This document shows, piece after piece, positions 48,877 to 59,128 of a DNA stretch of 64,000 bases. The DNA is taken from the NCBI GenBank assembly GCA_963815195.1, contig CAWFGE010000007.1, forward strand, positions 96,001-160,000, in the 5' to 3' direction. Each line of letters begins with the position of its first letter. The first letter of the stretch is position 1. Source of the stretch: an uncultured Planctomycetaceae bacterium (lineage in GTDB: Bacteria > Planctomycetota > Planctomycetia > Planctomycetales > Planctomycetaceae). The notes beneath the pieces are model-generated. The model saw only the letters and a list, made by a program, of their open reading frames with translations, did no database searches and was not told the DNA's origin. Both the position numbers and the translations under genes were made by a program.

Positions 48877-49891
48877 GATCCTTCACCCACTCCAGCATGG
48901 AACGAATGCCCGTGCGATAATCCACTTCCGGTTCCCAGCCAAGCAACCGCCTGGCCTTAGTAATGTCGGCGATAAACACCCGCTGATCGCTCGAGCGCGG
49001 CGGGAGTTTTTTATATTCGAGCGTCACACCGACTTCTTGCTCCAGCACGTCGAACAGTTCCAATAACGAAAGGCTGTTCGCCGTTCCGCCGCCAATGTTA
49101 AACGCCTGTCCGCCGGACTTATCCCGGTGCGCCACGGCGGCAAAGTACAGGTTCACCATATCCTTTGCATGCAGAACATCACGGACTTGTTTGCCGTTGC
49201 CGCAAATCGTAAACGGTTCACTGCGAGGAAAGGTCGCCTTTTCAATGGCCTTGCTGCAGAACCAGCCGATCCAACCTTGATCCGCCGTCGAAAACTGCCG
49301 GCCGCCATACATCGAGGAATGCCGAAACACCACGGTATTCAGATCGAACATGCGGGCATAGTCGAGCATATATTGATCGGCCGCCCCCTTGGAGCAGCCG
49401 TAGGGCGAATGAAAATCGAGCTGCACGGTTTCGGGAAAGCCGAGGGGATACTCGGCCGCGACATAACGAGTCGCGTGCTCCTCATAGGGCGTCCATTGCA
49501 GGTCTCCGTAAACTTTGTTTGTCGAAGAGTAGACCACGGCGGCGCTCGGAGAATACCGCCGAACCGCTTCCAGCACATTGAATGTGCCGAGCGTGTTGAT
49601 TTCAAAGTCGGCGCGTGGATTGGCAATCGATGTCGTCATGGCCACCTGGCCGGCCAGATGAAATACCACGTCCGGCTTAAGGTTCCGAATCAAGTTCGCG
49701 ACGGCCTGGGCGTCGCGAACGTCGGCCTGGTGAAAGTCGAACTCGCCGAGCGATTGAAGATAGATCAAGTTCTCTACGGACCCCACGCGATTGAGGTTGT
49801 CCAGGACCGTCAATTCTTCGTTGCGCTTTAGAACTTCCGCGGCCAGGTTGGAACCGAGAAAGCCGCAGCCGCCTGTCACCAAAAACTTCAT
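48863..49891 (-). CDS. rfbE: CDP-paratose 2-epimerase (CDP-tyvelose epimerase)
   Basis: [49 protein letters not shown] and DQGWIGWF. Confidence 0.9.
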   Translation of the reverse strand: MKFLVTGGCGFLGSNLAAEVLKRNEELTVLDNLNRVGSVENLIYLQSLGEFDFHQADVRDAQAVANLIRNLKPDVVFHLAGQVAMTTSIANPRADFEINTLGTFNVLEAVRRYSPSAAVVYSSTNKVYGDLQWTPYEEHATRYVAAEYPLGFPETVQLDFHSPYGCSKGAADQYMLDYARMFDLNTVVFRHSSMYGGRQFSTADQGWIGWFCSKAIEKATFPRSEPFTICGNGKQVRDVLHAKDMVNLYFAAVAHRDKSGGQAFNIGGGTANSLSLLELFDVLEQEVGVTLEYKKLPPRSSDQRVFIADITKARRLLGWEPEVDYRTGIRSMLEWVKDHVAN

Positions 49892-50786
49892 GCGATCTTC
49901 CTTTGTGTCATATTGTTGCGATAATAGTCCACCGTCTGGCGCAGGCCCGCTTCCAAATCCGTTTGAGGCCGCCAACCGAGTTCCACGAGCCGGTGAATAT
50001 CGGCCCGGGATTCCATGACTTCACGCTCGCGGTAAGCCACGGCACCATAATTGACATAAGTGTCACGATTGCCCGTCAGCGTGTGAAGCGTTTCCACGAC
50101 ATCCCGCAATCGATAGGCCTCTCCGCTGCCCACGGGGATTTCATAATAACCTGGATGCCAATGTATCCCTTGATCAAGCAAAACATTGAGCGCATCGACA
50201 AGATCGCTGATATATAAGAAATCCCGTCTTTGTTCGCCTTTTGTCAGCTCGATTGTTTCCGCCGGTTCCAGGAACTTTTTAATCAGAAAGCGGATCAACC
50301 GCGCATCATCTTCCCCGGGTCCATAGAAATGCTCGAGCCGGCCGTCAATGGCAACGATTTGCGACGCATTATGCCTTAGCCATTGGGAGAATTGATTTTT
50401 CGATAGGGAATAGGCATTGATTTCCGGAGGCAGCGATGTGCCGGCATTCAGGAACACTGAGGTCTTATGCTGCACCGCAAGTTCCAAAAGCTGTAACGGC
50501 AAGCGAAGGTTGGCCTCGATAACGGCAAGGCGGTCCGCATCGCGCCCGTAATTCGCCAGGCAGTTCACAACCGCATCCACTTGCCCGCTTCGAAATAGAT
50601 GAGCGAACTCGTCGCCGCCGACTTCAACGAACGAGATCTCTGAACGAATATCCGCCAGTCGATCGAAGCCGGAACTCGCGCGGCAAAGCCCATACACCCG
50701 CCAGCCGCCTGTGTCAACAAGTCGGCGTGCAAGTTGGCTGCCTAAGTAGCCGGTGATACCGGCGATCAGGATTCGCGCGAGTTCAT
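49888..50786 (-). CDS. rfbS: CDP-3,6-dideoxy-4-ketohexose 4-reductase (paratose/abequose synthase-like); indel right after the start
   Basis: [25 protein letters not shown] and [13 protein letters not shown]; located between rfbH and rfbE. The ATG at 50786 is out of frame at a CGCGCG run. Confidence 0.75.
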
Positions 50787-50834
50787 TGGTCTTTGCAAAA
50801 AGAAATTCAAGACGTGCCCGAATCGAACGGATTA

Positions 50835-52191
50835 CTAGGCGGTTCGTCGATAAGAATGCGATCCCTGGCACACGCCGAGACGGATTTGCTCTGCGATATA
50901 GTGGATCATTTCGCACGTGAGTCCGGGATAGACTCCCACCCAGAAAGTCTGTTCGGTGATAAGGTCCGCGTTGGCGAGGTCGCCGACGATGCGGTGTGGA
51001 ATGTTTTTGTAGGCCGGTTGACGCAGCAAGTTGCCTCCGAAAAGCAGCCGCGTTCCGATTTTGGCAGCGGTCAAGTGCGCGATGAGGTCGGTGGCGCGCA
51101 ATGTTCGCCGTAGGTTGAATCGTAATCGGAAAGCCGAACCAGGAGGGTTCGCTGTGCTCGGTCGCTTCGGGCAGGATCAGAATATCCTCCAGGTCTCGAA
51201 GCTCCCGGTGCAGTTGGTCGAAGTTGGCCCGGCGGCGCTCAATAAAATCCGGCAATTTGTCGAGCTGCGCGACGCCGACGGCGGCCTGCATGTCGCTGGC
51301 TTTGAGATTATAGCCGATATGACTATAGACATATTTGTGGTCGTAGCTTTCGGGCAATTCGCCGTGCTGCTGGCAGAAGCGCTTGCCGCAGGTGTTGTCG
51401 TGTCCGGGCGGGCACCAGCAATCGCGGCCCCAATCGCGGAAGGATTCCAAAACTTTTTTCAACAAAGGAGAGTTCGTCATCACAGCCCCGCCTTCGCCCA
51501 TGGTGATATGATGAGCCGGGTAGAAGCTGGTGGTTGCAATATGCCCGTATGTTCCCGCATACTTGCCCCGGTACTTGGCACCGATGGCATCGCACGTGTC
51601 TTCAATCACCCACAACTGATGCCGGTTCGCGACGTCCATCACGGCGTCGAGATTAAACGGGTTGCCGAGCGTATGGGCGATGCAGATCGCTTTCGTCCGA
51701 TCGGAAACCGCCTCCTCCAAGCGGTTCGGATCGATGTTATAAGTGGGAATGTCCACATCGACAAACACGGGAATCATGCCATTTTGGAGGATCGGGTTGA
51801 CGGTCGTCGGAAAGCCGCTGGCGACGGTGATCACTTCGTCGCCGGGTTTGCATTGGCGTTCACCGAGCAGCGGCGACGTGAGCGCGGACACCGCCAACAG
51901 GTTGGAGCTCGAGCCCGAGTTCGTGACGAGCGCGCTGCGAACGCCGAGGAAACGGGCGAACTTTTTTTCAAACTCGTCCGTGAAGCGTCCCGCGGTCAGC
52001 CAGAAGTCGAGCGAGGAATCGACCAACAGGGCGAGTTCCTCATCGTCGAAAACTTTGCCGGACACAGGCACAGGATCGATCCCGGGACGAAACGGGCGTT
52101 TGGGCCATTTCGCACGAGAATAGCTTCGGGTCAAGCGGAGGATTTCTCGACGCAAATCTTCGGCGGATGTTTCACTGATGGAATCGGTCAT
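50835..52191 (-). CDS. rfbH: CDP-4-keto-6-deoxyglucose 3-dehydratase (E1, DdhC); apparent frameshift at ~51095
   Basis: [22 protein letters not shown] (His in place of the aminotransferase Lys), RDWGRDCWC...TC Fe-S motif. The C-terminus TRLLFGGNL...FWVGVYPGL is in ORF 50835..51101. Confidence 0.93.
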
Positions 52192-52304
52192 CCTTGACCC
52201 CGCAGGTGATGTGTGGTCTGTGTGATTATTAGCAATACTTGAATTAGTAGATTGAATCGAGCGACCAGTCGAATTGCGCTCACTTCCGCTTGTTCTAGGG
52301 AACG

Positions 52305-52322
52305 GAACCGGGGCTAGCGCCC
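52305..52322. repeat. REP-like element overlapping the rfbG stop codon
   Basis: GAACCGGGGCTAGCGCCC is the exact reverse complement of 48017-48034. Confidence 0.6.
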
Positions 52323-53467
52323 GGCGATTAATGATCGTAAACTAGGCGGCTCGGAGTGGCGCTCTGATCTATCAGGAATCCAGGACTTCGCAAAAGAGGC
52401 TAGCTGGCTGATCTTCATCTCGGCGAGTTGGATTTGCTGTTTACTATAGTCCCAAATGCTATTTGAATCCTCTTGCCAGGCTTTATACCAATCGACCGTC
52501 CATTGGAGACGCCTTTCGGCCGCGAGCAGCGGTTGCCAGCCCAAAAGGGCGACGGCTTTGCTGGAATCGAGCTTTAGAAAGTGGGCTTCATGAGGGCCAG
52601 ATTCCATCTCAGCCTCGGTGACTTTCCCGCCGCCCCAGGTGTGGACAAATTGCCGGGCGATGTCGCGGACCATTAAGGGTTCAATATCGATGGGGCCGAA
52701 GTTCCAAGCGGCCGCGGCGTGTGGATGACCCTCCGCCAGCGCGGCTCCAAGCAGAATATAACCGCTCAATGGTTCTAACACATGTTGCCAGGGTCTGAGC
52801 GCCGTCGGCCGGCGAAGATGGATCGGCTGCCCGGCGAAATGGCGCGGACCATATCGGGCACCAACCGGTCTTCCGCCCAATCGCCGCCCCCGATGACATT
52901 CCCCGCCCGGGCGGTGGCCAAGCACCGGCAGGCGGTTTGTTCGGGAAAGGATTGCCGGTAAGAGGCCGCCAGGATTTCCGAGCAGGCTTTGCTGCTGCTA
53001 TAGGGATCATGGCCCCCTAGGGGGTCGGCTTCGCGATAGCCCCAATGCCATTCGCGGTTTTCGTAGCATTTGTCGGTGGTAATGACGACGGTGGCTTGGA
53101 CCGAATCGGTTTGCCGGGCCGCCTCCAGCACATGAGCCGTGCCCATCACATTAACCGCATAGGTGCCGACGGGATCTTCATAGCTCAAACGCACGAGCGG
53201 CTGGGCGGCGAGATGGAAGATGACATCGGGCTCTATGTCTTGAACAACATCTCTCACGAGTTGCGGATCGCGGATGTCACCGTGGATTGAGGGCATGTGG
53301 GCATCGATGCCGGGCCAGCCTTGCCGCATCGCATCGGTGGGCGGCAGGCTCAAGCCGTGGACCTCGGCTCCAAGTTCTTTGAGCCACAAACCCAGCCAAA
53401 TCCCCTTAAATCCGGTCAAGCCGGTAATCAGTACGCGTTTGCCTGGATAAAAATCTCGCACCGCCAT
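52314..53467 (-). CDS. rfbG: CDP-glucose 4,6-dehydratase (apparent frameshift at ~52840)
   Basis: [45 protein letters not shown] and [10 protein letters not shown]. Confidence 0.94.
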
Positions 53468-53531
53468 TTAACTATATCCTTGCCGATCGAAGGTGTCCTG
53501 GGAGTCGCTGCGCTCGATCTATTGCCGTAAT

Positions 53532-53611
53532 TGAGTGGCAGGCGCTCGCTTCCGGTTTCGATGAAAGGATCTTTCCAAAATCAAAACCGGCGGCTAGCGC
53601 CTTGCCGCTCA
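53532..53611. repeat. REP-like inverted pair between rfbF and rfbG
   Basis: TGAGTGGCAGGCGCTCGCTTCCGGTTT ... AAACCGGCGGCTAGCGCCTTGCCGCTCA form an imperfect long inverted repeat. Confidence 0.65.
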
Positions 53612-53649
53612 CGTTTGCAGAGGAATGCATTTCTCATACCCGTTTTACA

Positions 53650-54477
53650 TTAGGCCGCTTTAGGTCGCTTGATGATGTCGGGGGATTCGAAGGGCATCTT
53701 GTTGATGAGCCAACTCGCCCATGGGGCCTCGCCGGTGGTCCATAGATGTTCGAGGTGGTTTTTGTCGCGGAGCGTATCCATGGGCTGCCAGAATCCGGAA
53801 TGTTTATAGGCCGAGAGTTGCCCGTCCGCGGCCAGGCGCTGCAGCGGTTCGCGCTCCCAGATCGTTTGGGAAGCGTCGATATAATCCAGCACAGCGGGCG
53901 AGAGCACGAAGAAGCCGCCGTTGATCCAACTCCCATCGCCCAGGGGTTTTTCGGTGAACTCTTCGATGCCGTGGCCCTCATTGAGCTTGAGGGCCCCAAA
54001 CCGTCCCGGCGGCTGCACGGCGGTGAGCGTGGCGAGTCGCCCGGATTCTTTGTGGAACGAAACCAGCTCGGTGATGTTGACGTTGCTCACGCCGTCGCCG
54101 TAGGTCATACAGAAATCGTCATCGCCCAGGTGCTGCCGAACTCCCAGCAATCGGCCGCCGGTCATTGTGTCGAGGCCGGTCTCGACGAGGGTCACTTTCC
54201 AAGGCTCGACCTGGCGGTCGTGGACGATCATGTCGTTGTTGCGCAAATCGAACGTCACGTCCGACTGATGCAAAAAGTAGTTCGCAAAGAACTCTTTAAT
54301 TACATAACCTTTGTATCCCAGGCAGACGATGAATTCGCGAAATCCATGCTCGGCATAGATCTTCATGATGTGCCACAGGATCGGCCGGCCGCCGATCTCG
54401 ACCATCGGCTTGGGCTTGGTTTCCGATTCTTCGGAGATGCGGGTGCCATAACCCCCGGCCAGCAGCACGACTTTCAT
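53650..54477 (-). CDS. rfbF: Glucose-1-phosphate cytidylyltransferase
   Basis: [33 protein letters not shown] and [12 protein letters not shown]. Confidence 0.96.
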   Translation of the reverse strand: MKVVLLAGGYGTRISEESETKPKPMVEIGGRPILWHIMKIYAEHGFREFIVCLGYKGYVIKEFFANYFLHQSDVTFDLRNNDMIVHDRQVEPWKVTLVETGLDTMTGGRLLGVRQHLGDDDFCMTYGDGVSNVNITELVSFHKESGRLATLTAVQPPGRFGALKLNEGHGIEEFTEKPLGDGSWINGGFFVLSPAVLDYIDASQTIWEREPLQRLAADGQLSAYKHSGFWQPMDTLRDKNHLEHLWTTGEAPWASWLINKMPFESPDIIKRPKAA

Positions 54478-54756
54478 GAGGAGTCCTTTCCAATCCCAGG
54501 CTCGCGAGCCTGCGTCGACCGCTCGGTGTTTCGGGACGGTGCGAATCCCTCGTGGATTGCGGATGGTCCATCCCCCCGAATTTGCGGGGAATCCTAATCT
54601 ATTCGAGGCCCCGCCGCTAGCCCATTTTTCACCTGCATTTTTGTGATTTCTGCTTTTGTCCGCTGCCCTTTCGCGGCGGAGCCATTCTTGGCATGATGGG
54701 AAGTTCGATGCCGGCTGCCTTGTCCGTGGGTCTTTTGAATCAGGTGAATTTTAGCG

Positions 54757-55647
54757 ATGCGCATGTGCTGTCTGTTTTCCGCCGCGGTGTTGTTGTTGTT
54801 GAACGGGTTTTTGCAGCCTTCGTCACGGGCGGCGCAGCCGGAAGGGGAAGCGCATGTGTATAAGACCGTGGGCGAGCGGAAACTGCGTCTCTATGTGACG
54901 AAGCCCGCGGAGTGGAAAGCGTCGGATCAGCGGCCGGCGATTGTGTTTTATCACGGCGGCGGCTGGGTGGGCGGAGCCCCCGGGCAATTCACGGAGCACG
55001 CGAAATATTTCGCCTCCCGCGGCCTGGTCACGGTGCAGGTGGAATACCGGTTGCTCGACCGCAAAAAGAACGAGCCGCCCACTGTCTGCGTGCACGATGC
55101 CAAGTCCGCGATGCGCTGGGTTCGCGGACATGCCGGGGAGTTGGGAATCGATCCGGACCGCATCGCGTCGGCCGGCGGTTCTGCGGGCGGGCACCTGGCG
55201 GCGTTTGTGGGGACGGTGGACGGGCTCGACGACCCGGCGGACAACCTCAAAATCTCCGCGAAGTCCAATGCAATGGTGCTGTTCAATCCCGTGTTCGACA
55301 ACGGCCCGAACGGCTGGGGCCATGCCCGCGTGGGGGACCGTTACCGCGAGTTTTCCCCGCTGCACAACGTCTCGGCCGACGATCCTCCCGCGATCGTGTT
55401 TTTGGGATCGGCCGACAAGCTCATCCCCGTCGAGACGGCTAAGAATTTTCAAAAGGCGATGGAGAAAGCCGGGCGGAAATGCACCGTGAAGATCTTTGAA
55501 GGCGAGCCCCACGGCTTTTTCAACTACGGACGCGGCGGCAACAAGCCGTATTACGAAACCGTGCTGGCGGCCGACCGGTTCCTGGCGTCTTTGGGCTGGC
55601 TGTCGGGAGAACCCACGCTCGAAAAACCAAAGACCGCGAAGAATTAG
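54757..55647 (+). CDS. Secreted alpha/beta hydrolase (esterase, HSL-like)
   Basis: Signal peptide, HGGGW, GGSAGG, D (ADKLIP) and H (PHGF). Confidence 0.9.
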   Translation: MRMCCLFSAAVLLLLNGFLQPSSRAAQPEGEAHVYKTVGERKLRLYVTKPAEWKASDQRPAIVFYHGGGWVGGAPGQFTEHAKYFASRGLVTVQVEYRLLDRKKNEPPTVCVHDAKSAMRWVRGHAGELGIDPDRIASAGGSAGGHLAAFVGTVDGLDDPADNLKISAKSNAMVLFNPVFDNGPNGWGHARVGDRYREFSPLHNVSADDPPAIVFLGSADKLIPVETAKNFQKAMEKAGRKCTVKIFEGEPHGFFNYGRGGNKPYYETVLAADRFLASLGWLSGEPTLEKPKTAKN

Positions 55648-56564
55648 CGAATTTCGATTTTGGCTTTCGCCCGCTGGGCTTTGACGGTCTCGTCCCAGAG
55701 CTCTTGCGAGAGCTGATTGAACACGACCGACCGCACATCTTCGAGGCTCAATTCGCCCGGCTTTCGCTCCGTAACGGTGACGAGATGCACGCCAAAGGGC
55801 GAACGGACGGGCTCGCTGACTTCGCCGGTTTTGAGCGCGAACGCGGCTTCGCTGACGGCGGCGGGAAGTTTGCCGCGATAGGAAATCCAGCCCGCATCGC
55901 CGCCCTTCGTCTTGGAGGGGGCATCGGAGTATTGCCGGGCCGCGTTTTCAAACGACAGTTGACCGGATGCGATTTCCGGCTTCAACAACCGCAGCTTGTC
56001 CTCGGCGGTTTTGACGGCCTTGGCATCGGCGTCTTTGGGCAGCTTGAGAAAAATCTGCCGCACCCGCACCTCGGTCCCGTCGAACTCGGCCCGGTGCTTT
56101 TCGAAGTATTGCCGCAACTGCTGGCTGGTGACGATCAGCCGCAGGTAGGCTTTCCACGTCAAAGGCAAGGCCAACTCCCCTTTGAGCGTCTCGCGGGTCA
56201 TGCCGAACTTGGCGAGCAGTTTGTCGGGGTCGTCGCCGCTGTCGCGGATGAGTTTGAGCACCCGCGCCACTTGCTCGTCGAGTTCGGTTTGGCTCGGGCG
56301 GGCTTTGCGGCTTTGGAGGAACTCCCGCATCAACTGCCGCTCGATGAGGATGTCGAGAAAGCGTTTCTTGACGGCTTCGGTTTGCTGCTCGGGCGGGATT
56401 CTGCGGGAATGCAGGAGAAAATCCAGATCTTCGCCCGTGATGGAGGTTCCATTGACGACCGCCAACACCCGGCTTTCATCGGCCTGTCCCCACAAAAACA
56501 ACGCTGGGACGAGGGCCATCGTAACCAGTGCAAAACCCAAGATGATGCGGAGGCGGTTTGGCAT
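55644..56564 (-). CDS. PpiC/parvulin-type peptidylprolyl isomerase (SurA/PrsA-like)
   Basis: LAVVNG, RVRQIF, FENAARQYSD, GGDAGW and VSEPVRSPFGVHLV. Confidence 0.92.
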   Translation of the reverse strand: MPNRLRIILGFALVTMALVPALFLWGQADESRVLAVVNGTSITGEDLDFLLHSRRIPPEQQTEAVKKRFLDILIERQLMREFLQSRKARPSQTELDEQVARVLKLIRDSGDDPDKLLAKFGMTRETLKGELALPLTWKAYLRLIVTSQQLRQYFEKHRAEFDGTEVRVRQIFLKLPKDADAKAVKTAEDKLRLLKPEIASGQLSFENAARQYSDAPSKTKGGDAGWISYRGKLPAAVSEAAFALKTGEVSEPVRSPFGVHLVTVTERKPGELSLEDVRSVVFNQLSQELWDETVKAQRAKAKIEIR

Positions 56565-56640
56565 GGGCGTTCCTTCGGGCGTCTCAATTCGCGGTGCTTC
56601 GGTCCATCATAAGGCATGGAGAGCCGGCGGGAAAAGCCGG

Positions 56641-57042
56641 TTAGCGGCGGGATTTCCGCGAGCGGCTGCGGCGGGCGACGGGCAGCCATTCCGATTCGGA
56701 TTCGTCCCGGTTGTGCGGGCTGTGGCGGTGGGTGCCGTGGGCGATCATCCGCCTTTTGGGAATCAGCCGTTCCATCCGGCGTTCCAAATCGTGAATCATC
56801 CGGTCGCACGCCCGGCGGGCCGCTCGCAGAACGAGCATGTTGGAAATCTTCGTCCCCACGATGCTGACGACCAGCCCCGCGAGCGTGAGCGAGACCGCCC
56901 AACTCATCGTGGCCGCGGGAATTGATCGTCCCACGAGCGTCCCGGCCAGAAAGCCCAACAGCAAAATGGTCGAGGACGGCCCGATCAGCGGTCGGCTAGG
57001 ACGGGGGCGTCGGCTCGAAGGATTTATAGCGGATGCGGTCAT
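56641..57042 (-). CDS. Small membrane protein with two TM segments and an Arg-rich tail
   Basis: Two hydrophobic stretches; co-oriented with the parvulin gene; start uncertain. Confidence 0.5.
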   Translation of the reverse strand: MTASAINPSSRRPRPSRPLIGPSSTILLLGFLAGTLVGRSIPAATMSWAVSLTLAGLVVSIVGTKISNMLVLRAARRACDRMIHDLERRMERLIPKRRMIAHGTHRHSPHNRDESESEWLPVARRSRSRKSRR

Positions 57043-57201
57043 AGCGTTGTCCCGGCGGGGTTTGAAGTTCGTCCTTAAGGAAATAGATCGAAAACCGCGG
57101 CCGGTCAAAACCGTGTTGCCTTCCGGCCACAAACAAGCGATGATTTTCGGCAACATCAAACGGTTGGGCCGGTTATTCCGGACCCTCAAACAGGAGGCGG
57201 C

Positions 57202-59118
57202 GTGTTTTTAACGAGGGCGATCAAGCGGCCGGCGGCGGGTTGGCGGGGGATGGTCCGGCAGGTGCTCCGGCGGGAGGATTCGCTCGGCCGGCTCGCCGAG
57301 GAGGAACTGCGAAAGGAAAGCCTCAGCCTCGCGTACCGGGCCCGCACGGGCGAAGCCTTGGAGCGGCTCTTGGTTCCCGCGTTTGCCCTCGTCCGCGAGA
57401 CGGCCCGGCGGCGGCTGGGAATCTCGCATTATCCCGTTCAGATCCTGGGCGGGGTGGCGCTTCACTTCGGCAGCATCGCCGAGATGCAAACCGGCGAAGG
57501 CAAAACCTTGACCGCCGCTCTGCCTTTGTACCTCAATGCCCTCTGCGGTCGCGGCGCGCATCTGGCGACGGCGAACGATTACCTCGCCCGCCGCGATGCC
57601 GAACTCCTCCGGCCGGTTTACGAATCGCTGGGCCTTCGCGTGGGCGTCGTGCTCACGAACATGTCCCGCGCGGACCGGCAGGCGGCCTATGCTTCCGACA
57701 TCACCTACGGCACGGCGAAAGAGTTCGGGTTCGATTTCCTCAAAGACCGCCTGCTCGAGCGCCGGTTGGCCGAGGGAGAGCGGGACGTGCTGGGGCCGAT
57801 GCTCGGAAAGCCGACCGCGCGGGCCGCGATGGATCGGCCGCTCCAACGGCAGCTTTGGTTCGGCCTGGTTGATGAAGCGGACAGCGTGTTGATCGATGAT
57901 GCCCGCACGCCGCTGATTTTAAGCGCCGTGCCCACGAGCCATCTCCGCGCGGTGGAGGCGGCATTCGGGTGGGCCGCGGAATCTGCGGAGCAATTCGCGG
58001 AGCCGGAGCATTTTCGCCTCGACCCCGACAATCGCACCGTCCGCCTGACCGCCGCGGGCCGGCGATGGACGCGGTCGCTGCCCAAACCGCCCGCGATGCA
58101 GCCGTTGGGCCAGGTGGAGATCTATGAGTACATCGAGCGGGCGATCAAAGTTTTGAAGGACTATCGCCGCGATCAGCAATACATCGTCCAGAACGGCGAG
58201 GTGGTGATCGTCGACGAGAGCACCGGCCGATTGGCGGAGGGGCGGAAATGGCGCGACGGGGTCCACCAAGCCGTGGAAGCCAAGGAGAGGCTCGCCATCA
58301 CGCTGGCCACGACCAATGCCGCCCAGATCACGGTGCAGCAGTTCTTTCGGCTGTACCGCGGGTTGGCGGGGATGACGGGCACAGCGATCCCGGCGGCCCG
58401 CGAATTTCAAAAGGTGTATGGCCTCAAGGTCGTGCCGATCCCCACGCATCGGCCCTGCCAGCGGCTGAACATGCCCGACCAGGTTTTTCGCCGGGCCGAG
58501 GACAAATGGAACGCGGTCGCAAAGAAAGTCGAGCGGATGCACGCCCAGGGCCGGCCGGTATTGATCGGCACGCGGTCCATCGACAAATCCGAAGCCCTCG
58601 CCGCGTATTTGCGGGAAGCGGGGATCGACTTTGCCCTCCTGCACGCGAAGCACCTGGAAGCCGAGGCCAACATCGTCGCCCAAGCTGGTCAGCCCGGGCG
58701 GGTGACGGTGGCCACCAACATGGCCGGCCGGGGGACGGACATCGAACTGGGCGAAGGCGTCGCGGAGCTCGGGGGCCTCTGTGTGATTTGCACGGAACTC
58801 CACGACTCGGCCCGCATCGATCGGCAGTTGATCGGCCGCGCCGCCCGGCAAGGCGATCCCGGCAGCTTTGTGCGAATCCTTTCCCTGGAGGATGAAGTGC
58901 TCAACACCGCTTTCGCGCCGGAAGAATCCCGCCGCCAAACAGCCCCGCTCGAGCAATCCTTTTCTCCCGACGCCGCGGTTCGGCTCTTGGAAAAAGCCCA
59001 GCGGCGGGTCGAGCAGAAGCAAGCCCGCGGCCGGCGGTTGCTGCTCCACTACGTCAAACGTCGCACCGAACTCCAAAAGCGCATGGGCCAGAACCCCTAC
59101 CTCGACACGCCGGGCTGA
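57202..59118 (+). CDS. Short secondary SecA (SecA_DEAD paralogue lacking the wing/C-terminal domains)
   Basis: EMQTGEGKT, NDYLARRD, VDEADS, GMTGTA, VATNMAGRGTDI and RIDRQLIGRAARQGDPG. Only 638 aa; AGGAGG RBS before the GTG start. Confidence 0.9.
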   Translation: MFLTRAIKRPAAGWRGMVRQVLRREDSLGRLAEEELRKESLSLAYRARTGEALERLLVPAFALVRETARRRLGISHYPVQILGGVALHFGSIAEMQTGEGKTLTAALPLYLNALCGRGAHLATANDYLARRDAELLRPVYESLGLRVGVVLTNMSRADRQAAYASDITYGTAKEFGFDFLKDRLLERRLAEGERDVLGPMLGKPTARAAMDRPLQRQLWFGLVDEADSVLIDDARTPLILSAVPTSHLRAVEAAFGWAAESAEQFAEPEHFRLDPDNRTVRLTAAGRRWTRSLPKPPAMQPLGQVEIYEYIERAIKVLKDYRRDQQYIVQNGEVVIVDESTGRLAEGRKWRDGVHQAVEAKERLAITLATTNAAQITVQQFFRLYRGLAGMTGTAIPAAREFQKVYGLKVVPIPTHRPCQRLNMPDQVFRRAEDKWNAVAKKVERMHAQGRPVLIGTRSIDKSEALAAYLREAGIDFALLHAKHLEAEANIVAQAGQPGRVTVATNMAGRGTDIELGEGVAELGGLCVICTELHDSARIDRQLIGRAARQGDPGSFVRILSLEDEVLNTAFAPEESRRQTAPLEQSFSPDAAVRLLEKAQRRVEQKQARGRRLLLHYVKRRTELQKRMGQNPYLDTPG

Positions 59119-59128
59119 TGCGAGTGCT

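Noticed and set aside
49888..52191. 767-aa RfbH-reductase fusion shown in the ORF track
   Set aside because: Artefact of the frameshift at ~51095. The true RfbH C-terminus ends at 50835 and the reductase has its own ATG at 50786.
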